From NCBI RefSeq assembly GCF_018350175.1, contig NC_058369.1, positions 25,670,001 to 25,734,000 on the forward strand: 64,000 bases of DNA, given 5' to 3'. Positions 1 through 12,669 of this stretch are shown in pieces (within the stretch, counting starts at the first letter, position 1; every line of letters begins with the position of its first letter). A program made the translations under genes and the position numbers. The DNA comes from Felis catus (taxonomy: Eukaryota). A model generated the notes under the pieces. The model made no database searches. It was not told the origin of the DNA and saw only the letters and a program-made list of their open reading frames with translations.

Positions 1-381
1 GAGACACAGAGCATGAGCAGGGAAGGGGGCAGAGAGAGGGGGAGACACAGAATCCGAAGCAGGCTCCAGGCTCTGAGCTGTCAGCACAGAGCCTGACGTG
101 GGGCTCAAACTCACAAACTGTGAGATCATGACCTGAGCTGAAGTCAGACGCTTAACCGACTGAGCCACCCAGGTGCCCCAAAAGCTATTCCTTTTTAGAA
201 TCTACCCTTTGGAAGAGGCAATGCCTCCAAAAGGGATCTAATTTTATCTGGATTACTAACAACCCATTTTTATTCTCTTTTAAAATGTAGGGGCACCTGG
301 GTGGCTCAGCTGGTTAGGAGTCCAACTCTTGATTTCAGATCAGGTTATGACCTCAGGCACTGGGTGTGGAACCTGCTTGAG

Positions 382-422
<41 letters not shown>

Positions 423-2080
423 GTCTCCCTCTGCCTTCCCCACCCCCCGCGTCCTGCACACAAGTGTGCTAATAAGAAATTTGCTAATTAAAAATAAAAT
501 AAAATATAAAATAATGCTATCAGTCCCAAAGTAACACTATTGGGAGAGAGAAGTATTTCAGCAATAAATTCAAAGTTATTCACTTCCTGGGACAACCCAG
601 AATCAAGAATGTAGAAAAGCTAGGATTCTAAAGATAAGTTCCGCTACAGTAAGAAAAAACTACCTAAAAGGGCAAGTATTTACTTATTTAGAATAGCAAA
701 ATAATTGGAATTGTCTAATGAGGGAAGAGCAATTTACTACAACAAACACTGTGTCCTGGCTTGTTAAAAAAGTTACAAGCATGATTAAATGGTATTGGTT
801 TCTTTTACATTTTATAGCTAAAAGAACTAACCAGGAATGCTAGAAAAGCTGGTGTTAAGAGCTTAGCTGAGATTACATCAGGTAACACATAAAACTTTCT
901 CCTACAGGAATGAGTTCTCAAGGAAAAAATACTTGGACTTTTGATTATAAGGTGATCTAAAGAGGCCAGGAATGGGTCTAATCTCAATTAAGAGCTCAAA
1001 AGTAAGTTACAAAGCATTGTAAACAAATCTAGAATAAGATTAGGGTTACTCTTGGTCAAGAATAACAAATTAAGAATTAGCAAAGCTTTACTTCATCCCT
1101 AATTTTACTTCAAAAACATCTTTCCTAAATGAAAGGACTATGACTTGCTTTACAATAATCTAAAAGGTGAATTACATAAGAGAGGAATATCGATTAAACA
1201 ATACTGGCTATATCCTAATAACTGAAGTTGGGTAACAGAGATGTGGAAGTTTATATGCTATTCTCTCTACTTTTGCATACATTTGACAATTTCCATAATA
1301 AAGTTTTTTTAAGCATGTGACTCTTATCAAAATAGCTTTTTTAAAAAAATGTTTATTTATTTTTGAGAGAAGGAGAGAGAGAGAGAGCAAGCAGGGAAGG
1401 GGGAGAGGGAAAGGAAGACAGAGAATCCAAAGCAGTGCAGAGCCTGACACAGGGCTCGAACCCACAAACCGCGAGATCATGACCTGAGCCAGTCGGAAGC
1501 CCAACCAACTGAGCCACCCAGGTGCCCCTCAAAATAACTTTTCTAATCACAGCTAATGAACAGAAACATTCTTATTTTTAAATAAAAAAGCATGTTATTT
1601 ACTGGACATGACATACTACTTAAACCTGGTAGTTCCAGCCACTCATGTAGGGTATTCACTGCCACCTGGTGGCAATATGCCTCACTTGCATACAATGTTT
1701 TATGAGTTGGAGACCAAGAATGACCTGTGCAAATCTTACACATATGAAGTGTTGGTAACATCACACATTACTTAAAAAATGTTATCTATCAACTCCGGTA
1801 ATAAACAAAAACTGATGAGAAACTTCTCCTGTGGTAGAAAACACGAGTGGGGTGCCTAGCTGGCTCAGTCAGTTAAGTGTCTGACTTTGGCTCAGGTCAT
1901 GATCTCACAGTTCGTGGGTTCAAGCCCCGTATTGGGATCTGGGCTGAACACTTTCTCAGAGCCTGGAGGCTGCTTCGGATTCTGTCTCCTTCTCTCTCTG
2001 CCCCTCCTCCACTCGCACCCTGCCTCACTCTGTCTCTCAAAAATAAATAAATGTAAAAAATAAAAAAAATTTTTAAAGAA
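1..2080. mobile_element. Can-SINE cluster: 1-178(-), ~290-500(+), ~1340-1530(-), ~1849-2080(+)
   Basis: ggggcacctgggtggctcag tRNA-derived head, (CT)n and A-rich tail. Confidence 0.9.
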
Positions 2081-2195
2081 AACACAAGTGAGTTGGAACA
2101 AGTTTAAAGAGACATGTAGAACAAGAACCACCTCTCCAGTCTTAGGTAAGTTATTCCAAGCTTCAGCTTGCTCCTATATAAGAGTTAGCCTAGAG

Positions 2196-2410
2196 TAGTG
2201 ATTTTCATGAGGGAGCAATTTTGTCCCCAGAGAATATTTTGCAATATGTGAAGATATTTTTGGTTACTGCAACTGGGTGGGGTGGGGTTTGCTACTGGCA
2301 CCTAGTGGGTAGAGGACAGGGATGCTGCCTAACATCCTACGATGCAGAGAGCCAACAATAGTTACTCAGCCCAAAATGTCAACAGTGCTGCTATTGAAAA
2401 AACTTATTGT
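2196..2410 (+). mobile_element. MER20 hAT-Charlie DNA transposon
   Basis: tgctactggcacctagtgggtagagg...gggatgctgc...gcccaaaatgtcaacagtgc matches MER20. Confidence 0.85.
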
Positions 2411-2417
2411 AACAGAG

Positions 2418-2795
2418 CCTTGCTCTTCAAAGTAAGGTCCTAAACCAACAGCATCAGTACTACCACTGGAGAACCTGCTAGAAATGCAGAATCTCAGGCT
2501 TTGGGGCACCTGGGTGGCTCAGTTAAGCATCTGACTCTTGGTTTCAGCTCAGGTCATGATCTCACGATTCATGGGTTCAAGCCTTGCATCAGGCTCTGTG
2601 ATGGCAGCATGGAGCCTGCTTGGGATTTATTCTCTCGCCCTCTCTCTGCCCCTTCCCTCCTCGTGCTCTCTCTCTCAAAATAAATAAATATTAAAAAAAA
2701 AAAAAGAATATCAGGCCTTAGCCAGGCCCTACTAAACTGATCTGTAAATACCCAGGTGATTCATATGCACATCAAAGTCTGAGAAGCACTACTGA
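2418..2795 (+). mobile_element. MER5A-like DNA transposon split by a SINE (~2503-2705)
   Basis: cagcatcag...tagaaatgcagaatctcagg and caggtgattcatatgcacatcaaagtctgagaagcact. Confidence 0.8.
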
Positions 2796-3402
2796 TACAT
2801 AGTTTATATCTACAGAAATTTCAAGTCAAGTTAATGATCAGCACTTTGGGATTTTTTTTAAAGCTCCCCAGGTGAATTCTAATGTGTAGCCAAATTTGAG
2901 AACTCCTACTCTATAGGATTACTAAGGTCTCTCCCATGCCACCATTATATATACTACGTGAAAATATAAAAATATCTTATAAACCAACAAGGTAGATCTA
3001 CATTAATTTTTTTTTCTTACTGTATTTTAATAAACACTTAATGGGGCTAAATTAAGGAATATTAATTACCCTTTATTCATTAAAAATCATAATGATAAGT
3101 TATACAGACCTTACTTTCTAGACTAAGAACAAAACCAACAGAACTACTGATGAGACATCTAATTTAATCTTGAAAATCATCCCCCCCCTCCCCCAACAAC
3201 TAATCTTCCAAAATATTGTTATGATGGCTATGTAAATCTTCCACGTTGGGTAATTTAGCCTTCAAAGGCATGAGTGAGAGAGTTCACTGAAGAATACGTA
3301 AGCAATGGTAAGAATGCCAACTCACAGAGTAAACACCAACACCCAGTCAAATAGTAGACAGTAACAGAAACTTTAAAGCATGAAACATATAAAGAAAAGT
3401 TA

Positions 3403-3627
<225 letters not shown>

Positions 3628-3669
3628 CTACTAGATAATTAACAAACTTAAAAAGAATCTAAGCCAGTT

Positions 3670-3935
3670 ATAATGATAGATATATGCCACAGGACATTTA
3701 TCCAAACCCACAGAATGCACAAAACCAAAAGTTAACCGTAAGGTAGACCATGGACTTTAGATGATTATAATGTGTCAATGAGGTTCATCAATTACAACAA
3801 ATGTACCACTCAAATGAGTGATGTTGATAAAGGGAGAAGCTATATATACATAAGGGTGGGGAGTATATGGGAAATCTCTGTACCCTCCTCTCAATTTTTC
3901 TGCAAACATAAAGCTGCTCTAAAAAATAAACCTTA
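3670..3935 (+). mobile_element. Old L1 3' end (L1MC-like) in ARF4 intron 2
   Basis: catggactttagatgattataatgtgtcaatg...ggaaatctctgtacc...aataaa resembles L1MC 3'UTR. Confidence 0.7.
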
Positions 3936-4007
3936 AAAAACTGTTTCAAAATTAAACCATATTCTATTTCACTTTATAACATACTACTATGATATAAATT
4001 AAACTCA

Positions 4008-4118
<111 letters not shown>

Positions 4119-4579
4119 TTATAGATTTTAAATCTAGACTAAAAGCACATACTAAGAATTAATTCTACAATAAATTCATAGTTTGAAAGCAAAAGTCAAC
4201 TGGACAAGGCACAAATGAGTTAGAAATGAAGTTACTTCATTTCTGATCCCCAAGAGCAACATTTGCTACACAAAGCCTTTCCGTTTTTCTTTCTAGACCT
4301 AGAGAGACAACATGTAGTAGTGAAAAGAAAAGAGTATCAGGCTGACTCAGGCTCTAGTCTCTAGATTTGCTTTGCCACAAACTAGTTAACTGCCTTTATA
4401 AACAAGTCACTCTAGAAAACTGAGACCAGAGAAATTAGGTATAAAACAAGGAGAGACTGAATCATTTAATCTAAGATTTTTTCCAATTCAAGTTCTTATT
4501 AATTCTATGAACTACTCTCATTTTTAAAAACACAAGTCACAAACTGAATCAGAAAACACACAAAAACAAGTGAATAAAG

Positions 4580-5235
4580 GAACGCCTGGGTGGCTTAGTC
4601 TGTTAAACATCCAACTCTTGATATCGGCTCAGATCATGATACCAGGGTGGTGGGGATTGAGTCCTACTTGGACTCTCTCTCTCCCTCTGCCCTGTTCCCT
4701 CATTTGCATGCTCACCCTAAAAAAAATTTTTTTGGGGGGCGCCTGGGTGGCTCAGTCGGTTAAGCGTCCGACTCCAGCTCAGGTCATGATCTCGCGGTCT
4801 GTGAGTTCAGGCCCCGCGTCAGGCTCTGTGCTGACTGCTCAGAGCCTGGAGCCTGTTTCAGATTCTGTGTCTCCCTCTCTCTCTGACCCTCCCCCATTCA
4901 TGCTCTGTCTCTGTCTCAAAAATAAATAAACGTTAAAAAAAAATTAAAAAAAAATTTTTTTTTAATTAAAAAATTCAAAAAATGGGGATGCGTGAGCAGT
5001 TCAATCAGTTAAGCATCCAACCTCAGCTCAGGTCACGATCTCACTGTTCGTGGGTTCAAGCCCCACGTCAGGCTCTGTGCTGACAGCTGAGAGCCTGGAG
5101 CCTGCTTTGGATTCTGTGTCTCCCTCTCTCTCTCTCTCTCTCTGCCCCTCCCCCACTCATGCTCTCTGTCTCTTAAAAAAACGAATAAACATTAAAAAAC
5201 ATTAAAAAATATTAAAAAATTAAAAAATTAAAAAG
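4580..5235 (+). mobile_element. Three tandem Can-SINEs (~4580-4730, 4733-4955, 4984-5235)
   Basis: Successive SINE heads inserted into each other's A-tails. Confidence 0.9.
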
Positions 5236-6909
5236 TGAATAAAAATTATCTTTAAAAAATATGTAACCATGCCCTAGTATCCAAAGGAAGATGGGGCCAA
5301 TTTTACCCCAATTTATATCAATTCCTACATCAAATGCACAGAAATGAGAACACAAGATTGGTTAATTTGGGTAACCAAATAGCCCTATCTTATTCACCTC
5401 CAATGTAACTAATGTCTAAATTCTTTAAATGACTCCTTTGAGGCAGATACAAGTAGGGAAGAATGTCCTTATTTCTGAAGAAAAAAAATCCATACTGGAA
5501 CAAGATGGTATATTTCTTTATTACATTGATAGTAATGAGCAAATTAAATGTTCATTCTAAGTTATGAATCTCTCAAAACCTGCATATTCTACATTGTTTG
5601 CTAAACCCTTCCAAATGAAAGGCCAATATCTAATAGCTTCATCGAATTTATCACTGTTCCAAGGACATCACATTTGCCCACCTAGATTTACACTATCCCA
5701 GATTTTGAAATGAGTTCAACTGAGTATTGATTTAAGCAAGGATGCTTTTTAAATATTTAAATCAAAGCATGACTTGGCACATGTAACAAATGCTATTAAG
5801 TTGAAAAAACAAAGAAATCACCCCACTTACCTAAAACAGACCTAAAGGCCACAGGCAATTTCAGACCTCCTGTACCCATGTAACACCCGTTTCTTTTAAA
5901 AAAAAAAATTTTTTTTTAACGTTTATTCACTTTTGAGAGACAGAGAGACAGAGCATGAGCAGAGCAAGAACATAACGTGAGCCAAAGTCGGACGCTCAAC
6001 CAACTGAGCCACCCAGGTGCCCCGTAACAACCGTTTCTGCTCTGTACCCTACAAAGGTAGCTTTAAGATCTCTCTGGACACTCAAGCAATTTATATCTTC
6101 ATATCTTGTGTCCTCTAATCAAACGGTGTTCCCTACTTCTTCATACTGAGATATTCAGGTTTATTCTTTCCAAAATACTATGACACTTACTAGTCAGAGT
6201 GAGCAGCCAAGCCCTCACTCACAGGCATAAGAAAAACCACTGGCACCAGGAGGTGTTTTGTTTTTTGAGTATGGGACAGTATCAAAAAAAAAAAATCAGG
6301 AAACCTAATTCTAAAATATACACAAAGAAACAAAAGAAACTGCCTCAAATTTGACAGCTTCAGTAAAAATACAGAAAATGAAGAGTAGAACAAGATGATT
6401 GGTTCCTTGTTCAAAAAAGCGGTCTCTTGGAAGAGTCCTTCTCAGGTGATTTTGATAAAAAAAAAAAAAAAAAAGTTTTTAAATGTTTATTTTTAACAGA
6501 GAGACACACACACACATGCACACACAGCACAAGTGGGGGAGGGGCAGAGAGAGAGGGAGACACAGAATCCAAAGCAGGGTCCAGGCTCTGAGCTTGATGG
6601 CGGGGCTCGCATCAAACTCACGAGCTGTTAGATCATGACCTGAGCCTTAAGTCAGACACTTAACCGACTGAGCCACCCAGACACCCCTTGATCAAATTTT
6701 AAAATAAAGCAAAATTCACCCTTAAGTAACTAAGTCACAATATGATTAAACCCAAGTCAGAAGAAGTGAAACTGAGATACTGATCAGAAAAAACACGAGG
6801 GGCACCTGAGTGGCTCAGTTGATTAAGCATCAGACTCTTGATCTCAGCTCAGGTCTTGATCTCAGGGTTATGAGTTCAAGTCCCAAGTTGGGCTTCATGC
6901 CCAACGTAA

Positions 6910-6957
<48 letters not shown>
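6910..6957. repeat. (TAA)n microsatellite in a SINE tail
   Basis: Direct reading. Confidence 0.95.
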
Positions 6958-6958
<1 letters not shown>

Positions 6959-7845
6959 TTTAAAAATAGATTTATTTAAAAGAAAGAACGAACATGAGCT
7001 AGGTTTGAGAACTATGGCACATGCCAATCAAACTCAGTCAAACTGAACCTCACACCATCACTGAAACAATTTAAATACAAAAATACTAACAGTGAATGGA
7101 AGAAACCCAAGACAAATTATGATTATACAACTATTTTAAGTTCTAGAAAAGCAGAGGTAACCCAATTTTTTTAAATGAAAGCGTTACACCCACTCATGTA
7201 CATAACTAATATTCTTCTACTTCTACAGTTAGAATTTTACACAATAAACATGTGTTACTTTCATTAAAAAAAAATCCCAAATAGCAGATTTCCTTTATTA
7301 ATATGTTGGACTGGTTACATTTCCTTTTTTTTATTAAAAAAATTTTTTTTTCAACATTTTTTATTTATTTTTGGGACAGAGAGAGACAGAGCATGAACGG
7401 GGGAGGGGCAGAGAGAGAGGGAGACACAGAATCGGAAACGGGCTCCAGGCTCCGAGCCATCAGCCCAGAGCCGACGCGGGGCTCGAACTCCCGGACCGCG
7501 AGATCGTGACCTGGCTGAAGTCGGAAGCTCAACCGACTGCGCCACCCAGGCGCCCCAACATTTCCTAATGAATCTATCAGGTAGATGACTGCTTTAAGAG
7601 ACTTGAATATATTTTTTATGATTATTTTTAATAAAAAAATAAGGGAAGGAGTATTTACAAAATAATGCAACTATAAGGCTTTTTCAGCAAGTTATTTTTA
7701 AAATAAAAATTGTGGGGTGCCTGAGTGGCTCAGGCAGCTAAGTGGCCAGCTCTTGGTTTCAGCTCAGGTCACAATATCAAGGTTCATGGGATCGAGCCCC
7801 AAATCATGCTTTGTCCTGACAGTAGGGAGACTGCTTGGGATTCAT

Positions 7846-7854
7846 TCTTTTTTC

Positions 7855-7885
<31 letters not shown>

Positions 7886-7972
7886 CTTTTCTTTCTTTTT
7901 CTTTCTTTCTTTCTCTTTCTTTCTTTCTTTTTCTTTCTTTCTTTCTCTATCTCTTTCTTTCTCTCTCTCTCT
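7846..7972. repeat. (CTTTT)/(CTTT)/(CT) low-complexity expansion within a SINE
   Basis: Direct reading. Confidence 0.9.
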
Positions 7973-8939
7973 CCCCCCCTCCCCGCCGCCCTTCCCCAAC
8001 TTGCACCATGCTCTCTCTCTCAAAATAAGTAAAACTTTAAAAACTGTAGACAACAGTTAAATGGCTCACAGCCACATACAAGATTTTTAAATCACAAGAG
8101 TTTCTTTTGAGTTGCACCCAAAATAATAGTATTGTAATAAATGCAAAGCAGAAGTTTTTAAAAAGAAATTTCTACTGCGAGATTAAAGATGCATAAATTA
8201 ATGTGTACCGCCACTTAAAACTCACTGTATAGTTCTTTACTCAAAAATGTGTTGATCTAACAATTTTGCACTACTTTAGTCATTTCTTATGTATTTCCTT
8301 AATGTGGCAATATTTAGCAATGAGATTTCTCCACAAAATGAAACTATAACCAATTCTCAACTAGCCAAGATAAGACTCTAATCTGTACATTCCAGTAATG
8401 TCCTCCCTCCCCTCCACCCCCATAAACAAGTCACTGTATTGAAAGATATACTGGAATTACTTGTTCTCCTTAACTGAACCTGCACTTTGACCAAAGTATT
8501 AACAGCAGCAAAACTACCCCCAAAATCTTTACCAATCGTTAAAAAGTATGTCTACTAAAATGTAGCAGCAAAAAATATTCTAAGTTAAAGATGCTAGATC
8601 CCAATGATCTTTACTTAAGGAAATAAAATGCAAAAAAGAGACTTAGATGAAAAAAGTGTATTTTCAGAAGGGTAAAATTTCACATAGGATTATTTCTTCT
8701 TCATGTTTTCTTTTATCTTGAAAAGTTTCTACACGAAAGCTTGAAATACAACTTCACAATTATTTAAAAATAATTTAAATTGAGTGCTTACTGTGTTTTG
8801 AGCACAACACTGGGTGGATTCCATACATTTTTATAATATAAATCTCACAACTCTCCTCCATTTTTCACACACAGCATCTAAGGTTCAGAAATGTCCCCAG
8901 AATCACAGGAGTAGAACAGGTATGCAATACCACAGGTCT

Positions 8940-9570
8940 TATAGAGAAATTAGATCTCTCATACAAAGCTGATGGGAATGTAAATGGTATAGCTGATTTG
9001 GAAAAGTTTTGTCAGCTCCTCAAAATGTTAAATATAGTTAACACAGAACCCAAGACAATTAAAATCATATGCCCATACAAAAACTTGTTTTCAAACGTTC
9101 ACAGCAGCATTACTCATAAGAGCCAAAACGTGGAAACGATCAAACTTCCATCAAATGATGAATGGATAAACAAAATGTGGTATGTTCATATTATGGAATT
9201 ACTCTTCAGCCATAAAAAGGAATGAAGTACTGAAACATGCTATGAGCTTTGAAAACATTAAGCTAAGTGAAAGAAGCTAGATACTAAAGGACATATATTG
9301 TATGGTAATATTATGTTAACTATCATGGACACACAAATCCATAGAAACTAAAAGTACATGACTGGTCGCAGAAAGAACTGGGGAAGAAGGGGAACAGTAA
9401 CTGCTAACGGGTATAGAGTGTCTTTCTAGGCTGATTAAAATGTTCTAAAATTAAAACTGGTGGTGGTGACACAAGTTTGTGAATACAGTAAAACCTATGA
9501 ATTGTATACTTTAAAGGGATAAATTTTGTTACATGAATTGCATCTCAACTTTTTAATTAAAAGAAAAACA
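8940..9570 (+). mobile_element. Old L1 3' fragment (L1MB/ME-like)
   Basis: ccatcaaatgatgaatggataaacaaaatgtgg and a typical 3'UTR ending in an A-tract. Confidence 0.85.
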
Positions 9571-10149
9571 AAAAAAAAACCCCCGAAGTATATGCCAAAG
9601 CTCTCAAAAGATATTTATATATTGCCACCCTGCCTTTAGTTTTCTCTGATGGACACACTGTATCTTAAAAGGTATTTTATCTAATTCCTCAGAAGTCTGA
9701 CCATCAAACCTGAAAGCGAGGCTGCCAGGTGAAAAGAAAAATTATTATAAGCTTACGTTTTACTTCTACCCAAAACATCAGAAGTATCTGCACTTTGATC
9801 AATGTGTTAATTAGCAGCAAATTATCAGTCTGAAAGCCATTTGCAATAATGCCAGAAGGTGCATCTAAAAATTGTTGTATCAGCTTCTAGTGGCATCAAA
9901 CTAAAGACTTTTGCCTTTTCTACTGTTTCCTTAAATCACATAACTAATCAAAAGGGCTTTTTTTTAAGCCTGATAATTATGTGTTCAACCAATGATCTGA
10001 GAAAATGCTAATATGCTAAGTCAAAAAGAGAGAACACAAATATCCTCTCAAAAGCCTGAAAGTAAATATAATAAATGTTAACAACAGTGAAATGGTGGAA
10101 TTATAGTTATCACTTTATTCTTTTCTCATATTTTTAAAATTTAACAAAA

Positions 10150-10383
10150 AGGACATGTTGTTTTTATTTATTTATTTTTTAACGTTTATTTTTGAGAGAG
10201 AGAGACAGAGAGACAGAAAGACAGAGTGTGAGCAGGGGAGGGGCAGAGAGAAAGGGAGACACAGAATCCGAAGCAGGATCTGAGCTGCCAGCAGAGCCCG
10301 ACGTGGGGCTCAAACTCCTGAGCTGTGAGATATGACCTGAGCCAAAGTCGGATGCTCAACCAAATGAGCAACCCAGGTGCCCC
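10150..10383 (-). mobile_element. Can-SINE
   Basis: Complete reverse-strand SINE flanked by aggacatg repeats. Confidence 0.9.
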
Positions 10384-12669
10384 AGGACATGCTATTTCTA
10401 GAATGAGGACATTAAAAATCACACAATAAGTGTATTTACAAAATATGCTAGGGAAAAAGCATGAAATGCCACTCCTCAGCTTGAAGCCTCATTTAAAATA
10501 TTAGTAACATTTTTCAAATTGGCAAATAGAGGAACCTCTCGTGCCACCCCCCAAAAAAACAGTCACAGTCACATATAAGGCAATACAAAATTATACCGTA
10601 CTTAGCAATCTTTTAGAAAGCAACATTTTTTCCAGCTTTTCAATAGCAAGAAACTTTCAAGTTCAAAGAGTGCAAGATTAATAATTCCTCTATAGAACCT
10701 ACATTAGTGTTTTCCAATGTAAACAAAACTTGGGGGAGTCATCTACAAAAGTACATCTTACCACAGATCAAGACACTGGAGATCAGTCTAAAAATAAGAT
10801 AATGCAGGGCTACATGAGAAATCTAAGATGGAAATTGGTCATCTTTGAATTTAAGCTCAATGATATAATTCACATGAGTGATTTCCCCAAACAACAAAAA
10901 AAAACTATACAATTTCTGTCAATCTATACATTACATTTGAAACACTGTATTGGTTTTTAATTACTTAACTACAAGCTGTAACTTCAAACATCTTTTAAAA
11001 TTACTTGAACTTTCTGGGAGAACACGTGTAGGAATAAAATTTTAAACTTAACAGTAATTTGGCAAACCAGACTCATGAGCTAACTACTACCATCTTTCAA
11101 TAACACTTTAAAATGATAAAGTCTGAAAGTCACTTACTCAAGAAGGTATGAATTTGATGTGAACCTTATAAAGGAAAACAAAGCCCACATACCTGCCAGA
11201 GAACATTAATATGAAAACAAACAACAAAAAAACCCAATTAACTCCTAATTCTTAAACTTGAATGGGGCCTGCCCTATTCACCTTAAGAGTGATTATTTAT
11301 GCAGACACTCATAAAGCTAGACCAAAAAAAAAAAAAAATCATTTATCAAACTTCCAAATCACCTCTTTCCCTACCCACGCACATATCCTTCTAAGGTTAT
11401 GCTTCATCTGATGAGTTACTATAAAAGTTGACCTTGTGACTGAAGTGTTTTTAATCAAGGAAATCTGATTATCCCAAAACTAAACTGCAAAACAAGTATA
11501 GGAAACCTGAGCAATAAAACATTTAACATAAAATGAGTTCATTCCAAATCATGACTTCGATCCCTTGCAAAGTTAAATACTTTTTCATTTTCTTTCAGTC
11601 ATTATTTTTTAGGGGTAAGGGGAGAAATGCTCCTCTAATATAGTAAATTTAGGAAAGTTCTTAGAGCATAATTCTACCTTTCTTCTCCCTCTGAAACTTT
11701 TAGCCATCACAGAAAACTTAGAATGTGAAACAGCAATTAGTTTAGAATGTATCTTAAGTAAAAGGACCAACTAGTACATTTCCAGGAACACAACTAGGTA
11801 CTAATTTCTTTAAGGAACAGCCTGGAAATTCATTTATCACAGTCCAAAGTCCTCCCAATGACTTCAGATCCTTTTCAGACTGTCAATTTTCAGCCACCTT
11901 AAAAACTTAATATGCTTGTCCTCCTTTAAAAAATTGTCTCTAAAAATGAAATCTAAAAAACTTTTAAAGAGAAAACATTTGGACATCTTTCTGAATGAAT
12001 TATTAACAATTATTCCACGAACTGTGAAGAAGCTGGAATAACAAACAGTTAAGTGAAAAAAGAACTAAATGTGCACGTCCTTAACCTTCATACCCCTCCA
12101 ATTACTGAATCTTGCTTTGGAAAACTTTCAGTGGTAGTAGAACTAGAAAATAAAACTTCCTCCCCACTGTGGAAAATCTAACGAACCGACAAGTTTCAAC
12201 GTTTAAAGTTAGAGGGCTCCTTGTGGCATTACTCAGGCCCACACAGCTTAGCTGTGATGTAGAGGCTACTCACAGTAATATGGGGGAGGGGTTGCTCGTA
12301 TCACCCAAGTGACATGCAAGCCTCTTCTCCCTCAGCTGGAATAACTAAAAACAGAAAAGCTGGCACCGAAAAGCAGTGTTTTAAAAGCCTATTTCCCAAA
12401 CAATTAAAAAAAAAAAAAACCCGCTTTGTAACTGTTATTTAACAAGGCTACCCTAAAGTTGAGTGTCAGGATGTTCAGTTACTGGAAATTTGTTACCGGC
12501 TTAAAAAAAAAATAGCTTTAAAAGTTTTTTTTTTTCATTAAACTTTAGTCAGCTAGATAAAAATCAATTGAAAACCAAAGAGCATAAACCAAATATATTT
12601 AGTTTTTGAGAATGGTCAAAAGATAAGGAGACATTAATAAGGAAAAGAAGTAAATACGAAATGGAATCC

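Larger units (their letters stand above)
5905..8045. mobile_element. Can-SINEs: ~5905-6025(-, internally deleted), 6475-6690(-), 6798-6960(+), 7340-7556(-, young), 7713-8045(+)
   Basis: SINE head/tail motifs; 7340-7556 is flanked by acatttcct repeats. Confidence 0.9.
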
